Positions 44,339 to 51,624 of a stretch of DNA of 51,624 nucleotides are shown here, piece by piece (positions within the stretch are counted from its first letter, which is position 1; each line of letters starts with the position of its first letter). The stretch is from Candidatus Micrarchaeota archaeon (GTDB lineage: Archaea > Micrarchaeota > Micrarchaeia > Micrarchaeales > CABMGC01): the NCBI GenBank assembly GCA_028866935.1, contig JAGWHH010000001.1, positions 1 through 51,624 of the forward strand, written 5' to 3'. The position numbers and the translations under genes were made by a program. Below the pieces are notes generated by a model, which saw only the letters and a list, made by a program, of their open reading frames with translations, was not told the DNA's origin and made no database searches.

Positions 44339-45424
44339 ATGAAGCACATCCTGATGATGGAAACAGGCTCACTAAAGGTAGTTGGCGGAGCAGCAAAGGA
44401 CACGTACAAGCTCTACGAAAAGCTAAGGCAGAACAAAAACTACAGTATAGACCTTATGGGGGACTTTTCAAAAATAGGCAGATCTGCAGATATGGTTACA
44501 CTAACAGAAATGATGTCAAAGAAATATGACCTTATCTGGATGAATTCGATTAGGGACGTGCCAATTGCAGAAGCGTACAGGAATGCGCACAAGGGAAGCA
44601 TAACAAAGTTCCTTTACGTTGACCGCGGCAATGTGGTGCTCAATTCAAAGAGGGCAGGCCTCAAGAAGCTGCTCCCAAAAATGATTGCAAGAAGGTACCT
44701 TATTTCAAAGCTTGAGGGCTGGCTGGACTACTACATCGCAATATCCGCAGAGCAGTATGAGCATGCAAGGAGCTTCTTCAGGAAGAACACTGCTGTAAAA
44801 TACATAATGATAGCGCCTCATGAAGAGTACAAGGTGCTAAAAACAAAGCGCACATTCAGCGGCGCACTGGCAGTCTCAAGGCTTGATGAAAGGCAGAAGA
44901 AGATCAGCTTTATGATAAAAGGCATGGCAAGGGTAAAAGAAATGCACCCAGAACTGCGCAAGAAATTAATGCTCAAGATAGTCGGAACAGGCGTAAGCGA
45001 GCCTGAATACAGAAAGCTAGCAAAGTCGCTGGGCTTGGATGAAAACATTCTGTTTGAAGGATTTCTTACCGGAGAACCTCTAATAAAAGAATATAACAAT
45101 GCGGGCTTCCTTGTATCCACTTCCGAATGGGAAGGGCTTGGAAGGTCGCTGCTTGAGGCTATGGCATGCGGTCTCCCACTTCTAATTAACGATAACATAA
45201 ACACGCTGATCAAAACAAAACCAGAAACACATTTAGTTAAGGATGGGTTCAATGGACAGCTTTATGAATATGGCAACCTGGAGCAATTTTCTGACAAATT
45301 CTACGAGTTATATTCCAAACCCGCACTGCAAAAAAGGTTATCCTCTAATACAAAGCATTTCATAAAGCAGTTCAGCTTTGGCAATGTGGTAAAGAGCTAC
45401 AAAGAGATAATCGACGGCATATAA
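44339..45424 (+). CDS. GT-B glycosyltransferase, family 4-like
   Basis: The C-terminal motif STSEWEGLGRSLLEAMACGLPLL is the EX7E signature of GT4 enzymes. 361 aa. Confidence 0.7.
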   Translation: MKHILMMETGSLKVVGGAAKDTYKLYEKLRQNKNYSIDLMGDFSKIGRSADMVTLTEMMSKKYDLIWMNSIRDVPIAEAYRNAHKGSITKFLYVDRGNVVLNSKRAGLKKLLPKMIARRYLISKLEGWLDYYIAISAEQYEHARSFFRKNTAVKYIMIAPHEEYKVLKTKRTFSGALAVSRLDERQKKISFMIKGMARVKEMHPELRKKLMLKIVGTGVSEPEYRKLAKSLGLDENILFEGFLTGEPLIKEYNNAGFLVSTSEWEGLGRSLLEAMACGLPLLINDNINTLIKTKPETHLVKDGFNGQLYEYGNLEQFSDKFYELYSKPALQKRLSSNTKHFIKQFSFGNVVKSYKEIIDGI

Positions 45425-45428
45425 CTGC

Positions 45429-45944
45429 TCAGTATTGTAGCCCTTTGTAAGCTTCACGCAGCTTGTTAACTGAAACCTTGATGCCATCCTCTTTGAAATA
45501 CCTTCTATCAGTGTAATTTATAGAAATCGGAGAGATCTTAATGAAGATACCTCCCTCCTGCTTGATCATGTGTCCTCCCATACTATCCGTGTTCCATTTA
45601 TCAACTCCGGTAAGTCTCATGCTTCTGTTCATGTATACCCGTTCGACATCCTGGTCAGGAACCTCGTTTGCCATTCCCTCTACCTGCACACCAACCTTGA
45701 ATCCTATTACATCCTTTGGCGATGAAAATATTGCAAGCGAAACCCTTGACCTTTTCTTTATATCAACTACGTGCCTGGTGTTTGCCTGTGACATAAAATA
45801 GAAATTTAAGTCAGCATCATATGAGAAATAGATCGGAGTTGCCCATGCACCATCATCCTCTCCAGTCGCAAGAACTGCAACCAACGCTGACTTCAAGCAA
45901 TCGTTTATCAATCTTGCCAGTTCGGGGTAGTCGTCATCTTGCAT
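45429..45944 (-). CDS. Pyridoxamine 5'-phosphate oxidase-like FMN-binding split-barrel protein
   Basis: LVAVLATGEDDGAWATPIYFSYDADLNFYFMSQANTRHVVDIKKRSRVSLAIFS is the typical PNPOx-like pattern. It is paralogous to the next gene. Confidence 0.55.
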   Translation of the reverse strand: MQDDDYPELARLINDCLKSALVAVLATGEDDGAWATPIYFSYDADLNFYFMSQANTRHVVDIKKRSRVSLAIFSSPKDVIGFKVGVQVEGMANEVPDQDVERVYMNRSMRLTGVDKWNTDSMGGHMIKQEGGIFIKISPISINYTDRRYFKEDGIKVSVNKLREAYKGLQY

Positions 45945-45958
45945 TGCACATGCCCCAA

Positions 45959-46441
45959 TTAATCGCTGCTTTTAAAGTCTACTGCAACTCTCCTATCTTC
46001 TCCAGTTACATACATTTTTACTACTTCAGCCTTAAAGAATCTAAATTCTGAGGGTTCAATATACTGCTCCGGCTTGTAAAGCTTAGCCGCATCGCCTTTC
46101 GATTGGGGGAAAAGCCTCTTGCAATAAAGCTCTATGGCCCTATTTAAGTCGCCTTTCTTTAACTGGGTTATCTTGACTTCTATTTGAACTCCGTCAGTCT
46201 CGCCGATAGGTTCTTCAGAGCTGAATATTGCCAATGCAGAATTAGGGTTCTCTTCAATATGTTTGGCGTGCCTGGAATCTATTGCCGATATGAAGTAGAA
46301 ATTATACTCGGAATCATGGGCGTATGCAACAGGTGCGACCCACGGCTTTAGATCCTTGCCGCAGGTTGCCACAACCATGTATGTATTGTGGTTTATGATA
46401 TATTTTGCCTTCTCCTCATACGTTCCGACTTGTCTTACCAT
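45959..46441 (-). CDS. Pyridoxamine 5'-phosphate oxidase-like FMN-binding split-barrel protein (tandem paralogue)
   Basis: YMVVATCGKDLKPWVAPVAYAHDSEYNFYFISAIDSRHAKHIEENPNSALAIFSS aligns by eye with the preceding gene. Confidence 0.55.
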   Translation of the reverse strand: MVRQVGTYEEKAKYIINHNTYMVVATCGKDLKPWVAPVAYAHDSEYNFYFISAIDSRHAKHIEENPNSALAIFSSEEPIGETDGVQIEVKITQLKKGDLNRAIELYCKRLFPQSKGDAAKLYKPEQYIEPSEFRFFKAEVVKMYVTGEDRRVAVDFKSSD

Positions 46442-46479
46442 ACTACAAACTCTCTTCTAAACAATATAAGCCTTTCTTA

Positions 46480-47415
46480 TCAGTTTTTCTTATCAAGGTA
46501 CTCTTTGAGCTCTGAAAGACCCTTATCAAGGCTGTACTTGGGTGAATAACCAAGCGCCTTCTTTATCTTGCTTATGTCCGCTATACGGCTAGGGCTGTCG
46601 CCCTGCCTCTTTGCAGCCTTTTCAACCTTGGCCTTTTTGCCTACAGCGACCTCTATCCTTCTAAGCAGCTCATTTGTAGATGTTCCACTCCCTGTGCCCA
46701 CGTTAAATTCGCCTGATACTCCTTCCCTAAGCCCTAGAACAACTGCCTGGGCTATGTCCTTGACATAAATATAATCCCTTTTGTCTTCCCCGCTTCCGAA
46801 GACAGTAACTTCTTTTCCATTCATTACATTCAGCATGAAGTTTGTCACTGCGCCTCCGTACGTGCTGTTCTCCCTTCTTGGGCCGTAAACATTAAAGAAC
46901 CTGAAACACACGCACTCCATCCCATAAACCGCAGTGAACGTCCTGCAGTATATCTCAGAGCACACTTTTGTCGCGCCGTAAGGCGAAACTGGACCGTACG
47001 GCGCAGTTTCAGATATTATTCCAGTCACTCCGGCGTCGTAGACTGCTCCAGATGATGCAAAAATAAATTTCTTTATCTTGTTTTTGGACGCAGCTGTAAG
47101 CAGATTAAGATTTCCAGTAAGGTTTACTTCGTGGTACAGGATCGGATTCTCAACTGACTTTGCAAGGTCCCCCTTTCCGACCATATTGATTATGGCATCT
47201 ACTCCATTCACTGCCTTATCTACGGTATTCTTATCGAGTATGCTCCCTTGAACAAACTCAAAATAATCCTTGCCGATGTGCTGACTTATGTTGTCCTTCT
47301 TGCCTGACGAGAGATCGTCTACTACCCTAACCTTATAGCCCGATTCTACAAGCATGTCAACGATACAGCTGCCTATAAACCCCGCTCCTCCTGCCACAAG
47401 TATTTTTTGCGTCAT
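46480..47415 (-). CDS. NAD-dependent sugar-nucleotide epimerase/dehydratase (GalE-like)
   Basis: Rossmann motif ILVAGGAGFIGSCIVDML and catalytic YGATK (YxxxK). 311 aa. Confidence 0.7.
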   Translation of the reverse strand: MTQKILVAGGAGFIGSCIVDMLVESGYKVRVVDDLSSGKKDNISQHIGKDYFEFVQGSILDKNTVDKAVNGVDAIINMVGKGDLAKSVENPILYHEVNLTGNLNLLTAASKNKIKKFIFASSGAVYDAGVTGIISETAPYGPVSPYGATKVCSEIYCRTFTAVYGMECVCFRFFNVYGPRRENSTYGGAVTNFMLNVMNGKEVTVFGSGEDKRDYIYVKDIAQAVVLGLREGVSGEFNVGTGSGTSTNELLRRIEVAVGKKAKVEKAAKRQGDSPSRIADISKIKKALGYSPKYSLDKGLSELKEYLDKKN

Positions 47416-47424
47416 GATATCAGA

Positions 47425-48789
47425 TCAAAATATAATTTTTTTCAGGTTCTCAATGGTCTGGTCAAGCTTTGCCTTTCCTTTTGCCTCAACGCTTACTCTT
47501 ATGACTGGCTCAGTACCGCTCTTCCTGACTATGAACCAGAAGTCCTTCCCAACTATCTTTACTCCATCACGGTCAGTATTCACTACCTTTCCGCTGTTCA
47601 TGTATTTCTCATTGACTTTGGAAAGAATATCATCAACGTTCATGCCGTTTGCTATGGGTATCTTTATCTTTTCAGAATTGTATTTTGGCAGCATGTCAAA
47701 AAGCTCTGCCGAGCTCTTCTTCTGCGACGCCAAGAAGTCAAGCATGAGTGCAAACGCCATTGCTCCGTCTCTCACATACTGGTGCTTAGGATAAATGAAG
47801 CCACCGTTATCCTCAAACCCGGCAAAGCCTCCATTTTCAATGAGCTTTCGCGAAACGTGTATGCTGCCTATGTGGGTCCATTCCGTTTTTATCCCGTGTT
47901 TTTCAAGAAACTCGTCAACGAGGTTTGAGCTTGAAAACGGAGTTGCTACAATTTTTGACCTTGGTTTTTCTTTCAATGAGACCCAGTATGCCAAAAGCAC
48001 GCCGCTTCTGTCACCAAGCTGGACTTTTCCATCAGAATCAATGAATATTGCCCTGTCAGCATCGCCATCGTGCGCAACCGCAATGTCAACTTTTAGCCTT
48101 GTTGCCAGCTCAGCGGTCTTCTTCAGGCTCATCGGAGTGGGCTCGGGGAGCCTTTGCCTGAAAAGAGGGTCAAGTTCTGTTCCGATTTCATGAAGTTCGC
48201 AGCCCAGCTCCCTGGCCACTTTTACGCTAGTGAGTGATCCTACGCTGCTTCCGCCATCAACAAGAACCCTGAATCTCCTTTCACGTATCCTTTTCACATC
48301 AACGTGCCTGAGTATGCCCTTTACGTACTGGTCGATAAGGCCGGGCACCTCTTTTACATCGTGTCCCAGATCTCTCCATTCAACCTCCCTGAACTTTCTG
48401 CTAAAGTAGTATTCCTCAATCATCTCCTCATTCAGGCTGCTAGTCTCAACACCATCCGCGTCAATTACCTTAATGCCGTTAAACTCTGGCGGATTATGGC
48501 TTGCTGTAACCATCACTCCCCCATCATACTTTCCATTCTTTATGCCATACTGCAATGTTGGTGTTGGAAGTATGCCTGCATAATAAACATCAATCCCTGC
48601 GCTAAGAAGCCCGCTTGTGAGCGCCCTCACGAGCATATCTCCTCCAGCTCTGATATCCCTGCCTACAAGCACCTTGCTTTTTTCATTGAAGTAAGTGCCA
48701 ATTGCCTTGCCCATCCCCAATGCAAGCTCCGCAGTAAGTTCACGGTTTGTGACCCCACGCACTCCATTAGTTCCAAATAGCCTCTTCAA
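47425..48789 (-). CDS. Phosphohexomutase (phosphoglucosamine mutase / phosphomannomutase family)
   Basis: LFGTNGVRG, the active-site loop TASHNPPEFNGIK, the Mg site AHDGDADR and the sugar loop FEDNGGF. The tracked ATG 48843 overlaps the upstream gene by 50 nt. TTG 48789, preceded by GAGGT, gives the canonical N-terminus. Confidence 0.8.
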   Translation of the reverse strand: MKRLFGTNGVRGVTNRELTAELALGMGKAIGTYFNEKSKVLVGRDIRAGGDMLVRALTSGLLSAGIDVYYAGILPTPTLQYGIKNGKYDGGVMVTASHNPPEFNGIKVIDADGVETSSLNEEMIEEYYFSRKFREVEWRDLGHDVKEVPGLIDQYVKGILRHVDVKRIRERRFRVLVDGGSSVGSLTSVKVARELGCELHEIGTELDPLFRQRLPEPTPMSLKKTAELATRLKVDIAVAHDGDADRAIFIDSDGKVQLGDRSGVLLAYWVSLKEKPRSKIVATPFSSSNLVDEFLEKHGIKTEWTHIGSIHVSRKLIENGGFAGFEDNGGFIYPKHQYVRDGAMAFALMLDFLASQKKSSAELFDMLPKYNSEKIKIPIANGMNVDDILSKVNEKYMNSGKVVNTDRDGVKIVGKDFWFIVRKSGTEPVIRVSVEAKGKAKLDQTIENLKKIIF

Positions 48790-48793
48790 TAAA

Positions 48794-50302
48794 TTACCTC
48801 TTAAGCCTAGATCCCTTTGTAAGCTCCTTCTTGTCAATGCCATAAAAGTCGTATATTATAGGAGCTATATCAAGCACGCTTATGTCCTTGTAATCCGCCT
48901 TGGCGCAGTTTGAATAAAGGCCGAATATTCCATATCTTGTATGGTCTCCACGCCTTGCAGGTTCAGGCTCAGCGAATATGCTCTCCTCAGAATGGTTGAA
49001 CACATCAATAGTGTATCCGGCCCCGGCTTCCACAATCATATCCGGCTGTATGAAAAGTTCTGTATCCTTATAGTAGTCCTTTCCAGAATGTAGTCTTGCT
49101 ATTGGCTTGCAGCTGCCATCCTTTAGGTCTTTAAGCCCCATCCCTATCTCCTCCACAAGCCTCCTGCGCCGCTCATCCTCCTTAACTGCAGGCTCATTAA
49201 ATCTAGAATCATTTATCCAGATGTTGCTTACCGGATTGTTAGATAATGAAGCAAATGCCTTTGTGTTCTTCATCGCAAATGTGCGTTTGTTTACAAAGTC
49301 CTCATAATCAGTCTCGACCACGCTTGCGCATATGAACCTTGTGACCATCTTTCTTGATGATGTTTGGATCTGCTCTTTGTACCTATGCTCCTTCAATCCC
49401 TCTGAAGAGGTCTCCTTTTTGGAGAGCGACATATCAACCATAGGCCCTCCTACATTTACGTTTGGGCTTAGTGATGCATATCTGTTATTTATTAGCCAGC
49501 TGTTTAGCAGTATCTTCTTCTTTATCGCCTGCGCACCGTGGTCTGATACGAGCATTATTGCAAAGCCTTCCTTCCTTTTCTGTGCATAACCTATAAGCCA
49601 CTGGATGAACTTGTCTATCTCTTTGTAAAGCGGTGCAACATAGTCTTCCCAGTCATTCCGGTTAAGCGAATAATGCTGTATCCTATCTGCTTCGGTATAG
49701 CATACAAAGACAAGGTCATAATTCTCATTCCCGATAAGGTACTTGCTTACCTCTGACCTCTTCCTTATGCTATCTGCATATCCTGATGAAGCCTTAGCAA
49801 GAGTAATCTTGCCATCTTTCAAGTCCTGCTCTATTTCAGGCTCCCCCTCGAACTTGAACTTCTTTGCTATGTCTTCTATGAACTGGGAGCTGAATTTTGG
49901 CTTAAGGGGAAATCCGGTTATCATGTCTACGTTGCTGCTTCTTGAAGGCTCAGTGACCATTGCCGGTGTAACGATAAGCGCCCTAAGTCCAAAGTCTCCA
50001 AGTATGTCCCAAAATGGCGGGTTTCTTTCGGTATCGTAGAAAGTAAGCTGCTTGCCGTAGTTCTTGTCAAGGCTGAAGAAGTTCATAACTCCATGCCTTC
50101 CAGGCTCTAGGCCCGTGTATATGCTGGGCCATGCGGCCGCGGTTATTGGCGGGAGGGTGGACTCAAGGTCCGCAAGCACTCCCTTCTCAATTACCTTCTC
50201 AAAGCCATGCAGTTTATACTTTTTTGTAAGAGAAGAGACTATGCTGACAGGAGCTGAATCTATGCCTATGAGGTATAATCTCTTCCCTGTTTTTTTAGGC
50301 AA
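48794..50302 (-). CDS. Alkaline-phosphatase-superfamily protein (type I phosphodiesterase / nucleotide pyrophosphatase-like)
   Basis: N-terminal metal-ligand region LYLIGIDSAP, then PPITAAAWPSIYTG and MLVSDHG. 502 aa. Confidence 0.6.
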   Translation of the reverse strand: MPKKTGKRLYLIGIDSAPVSIVSSLTKKYKLHGFEKVIEKGVLADLESTLPPITAAAWPSIYTGLEPGRHGVMNFFSLDKNYGKQLTFYDTERNPPFWDILGDFGLRALIVTPAMVTEPSRSSNVDMITGFPLKPKFSSQFIEDIAKKFKFEGEPEIEQDLKDGKITLAKASSGYADSIRKRSEVSKYLIGNENYDLVFVCYTEADRIQHYSLNRNDWEDYVAPLYKEIDKFIQWLIGYAQKRKEGFAIMLVSDHGAQAIKKKILLNSWLINNRYASLSPNVNVGGPMVDMSLSKKETSSEGLKEHRYKEQIQTSSRKMVTRFICASVVETDYEDFVNKRTFAMKNTKAFASLSNNPVSNIWINDSRFNEPAVKEDERRRRLVEEIGMGLKDLKDGSCKPIARLHSGKDYYKDTELFIQPDMIVEAGAGYTIDVFNHSEESIFAEPEPARRGDHTRYGIFGLYSNCAKADYKDISVLDIAPIIYDFYGIDKKELTKGSRLKR

Positions 50303-50319
50303 AAGGACACCACTATATT

Positions 50320-51171
50320 CTATGCAAATACAATACTAGCATATGCAACTACTGATTTATAATCTTTGGTAGCCTCGCCCGAATTCGAGTATTTCAAGAG
50401 CAAACCGCTCCTACCGCCACGCTTTTTTGCAAACAGTCCTGCCACGGTTATTGGTCCGTATCCGCATGCGCTGTCATCGTTCTCAAGTATGGCGCTGTTG
50501 AATTTCTCCATCTCAAGGCCCTCCAGCTGCTTTATCGCCGCCATGTCCTTGATTTCCGCGGTCTGCGCATCTTCATAATGATTGAAGTCACAGCTTGCAA
50601 TGACTGTGATGTTCCTCTTAAGGCTCTGCGCGCTTTGAGCTATTGCGGTTGCAAGCCTTTGTGCATAAGGCAGCGATTGATTTCCCATCGCTATGAAGCA
50701 GCATCTTGGGCGGTCAACAACACTCTGGAGGAATGGCAGCTGAACTTCTATCGAATGCTCAAATTCGTGAGCATCTTCATCTATGCTTATGATATTGGAT
50801 TGCCAAGCCAGCTCATCTGCAAGTTCCACGTCATTTTCAACTATTCCGATGGGCGTCTTCCAGTTTGCTGCGGATACGGACAGCGGCTTCCCATGACCAG
50901 TATGGTTTGGCCCTACGATCACAAAAGTGTCTATTATGTCAAGATCCGGGTTCATTGAAAGTGCCTTGTAGGTATACCCGGCCACGCTCCCAGAATAAGC
51001 ATACCCCGCATGCGGTGCAACGTATGATATGGCTTCACTGGCGGATTCCTTCTCGACTTTAGCATGGCTTATGAAGCGCTCTACCATGCTAGCCAGCTTC
51101 CTCTTATCCTGCATATAAAACTGCCCGGCTACTGCGGGCTCTCTTTCCATGAAAATCCTTTTTAATTTCAA
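50320..51171 (-). CDS. MEMO1 family protein (AmmeMemoRadiSam system protein B)
   Basis: PAVAGQFY, VAPHAGYAYSG and VIVGPNHTG, followed by the His/Cys metal-ligand region. 283 aa. Confidence 0.75.
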   Translation of the reverse strand: MKLKRIFMEREPAVAGQFYMQDKRKLASMVERFISHAKVEKESASEAISYVAPHAGYAYSGSVAGYTYKALSMNPDLDIIDTFVIVGPNHTGHGKPLSVSAANWKTPIGIVENDVELADELAWQSNIISIDEDAHEFEHSIEVQLPFLQSVVDRPRCCFIAMGNQSLPYAQRLATAIAQSAQSLKRNITVIASCDFNHYEDAQTAEIKDMAAIKQLEGLEMEKFNSAILENDDSACGYGPITVAGLFAKKRGGRSGLLLKYSNSGEATKDYKSVVAYASIVFA

Positions 51172-51186
51172 CAGCTAAATAACTGC

Positions 51187-51624
51187 ATGAAATATGACCA
51201 TAACTATATAGACACAATCCTAAAAAGGCTAGCAAAAACATACGGTTTCAATCCGCACACCCAGCTTGCGCACCAGAATATAGCTGAACTGTTTGTCTCA
51301 GTGCTCCTCTCGCCTCAGAATACTGACCTTCAGGTAAACAAAACAACCCAAAGGCTATTCAAAAGGTTCAAGACTTTCGATGACTATGCAGGTGTAAACA
51401 CAAGAACGCTGCAAAGCTACCTAAGCAGCCTTAATTTTTACAAAACAAAGGCAAGGAATCTAAAGAAGTCAGCGATTATGATTCAGGAAAGATTTGACGG
51501 AAAGGTACCAAAGACTATTCATGAACTTATGGAACTGCCTGGAGTCGGAAGAAAGGTTGCAAACGTTATACTTAACGAAGGATATGCGATAAACGAAGGG
51601 ATAGCAGTGGACACCCACTGCGGC
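51187..51624 (+). CDS. nth: Endonuclease III (Nth, HhH-GPD DNA glycosylase), 5' part only; runs off the window end
   Basis: My own translation from ATG 51187 is open to the window end (146 codons). It reads ...AELFVSVLLSPQNTD...YKTKARNLK...LMELPGVGRKVANVILNEGY...IAVDTHC, which is the HhH motif LPGVGRKVANV. Confidence 0.8.
   Translation, partial: MKYDHNYIDTILKRLAKTYGFNPHTQLAHQNIAELFVSVLLSPQNTDLQVNKTTQRLFKRFKTFDDYAGVNTRTLQSYLSSLNFYKTKARNLKKSAIMIQERFDGKVPKTIHELMELPGVGRKVANVILNEGYAINEGIAVDTHCG

Noticed and set aside
48790-48843. N-terminal extension (MALTRRSLQRDLGLRGNL) of the phosphohexomutase ORF
   Set aside because: It overlaps the upstream gene by 50 nt. TTG 48789 with a GAGGT ribosome-binding site yields the family-typical start ..LFGTNGVRG.
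1-51624. CRISPR arrays, rRNA genes, IS transposases and integrases
   Set aside because: I scanned for regularly spaced 25-40-nt repeats, rRNA-like conserved blocks, and DDE or tyrosine-recombinase motifs in the ORF track. None was found. The only notable repeats are those reported in the findings.

Overview
Archaeal chromosomal segment, mid-40s % GC by eye, densely packed with about 50 genes on both strands. Archaeal hallmarks include a Nop5-type C/D RNP protein, a Tes-like radical SAM enzyme, GGGP synthase, Hjc resolvase, archaeal DnaG, NAC, TruD/Pus7, RNase Z and ThrRS with the archaeal editing domain. tRNA introns at non-canonical positions, several truncated housekeeping genes and a very large glycosylated S-layer protein suggest a small-genome acidophile-type archaeon (ARMAN/Micrarchaeota-like DPANN or Thermoplasmata-like); this is a guess. 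The window falls into four parts. (i) Housekeeping and lipid genes lie at 0-21 kb. (ii) At 21.8-23.0 kb, a tRNA-Ser(CGA) with two non-canonical introns has its 3' part, T-loop intron included, duplicated about 1 kb away; the two copies bracket a lone triple-HTH gene. (iii) An envelope block at 26.7-34 kb holds the 1004-aa S-layer gene, a roughly 700-bp ORF-free structured region and a pair of surface proteins sharing a Cys-containing ectodomain. (iv) A glycan island at 39.3-50.3 kb runs RHH regulator, cysD, AT-rich Vsr-like endonuclease insertion, cysN, UDP-sulfoquinovose synthase, nucleotidyltransferase, GT4, epimerase, phosphohexomutase and AP-family phosphodiesterase. I saw no CRISPR array, rRNA, transposase or integrase. 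All functional calls rest on motif recognition by eye and no searches were run.
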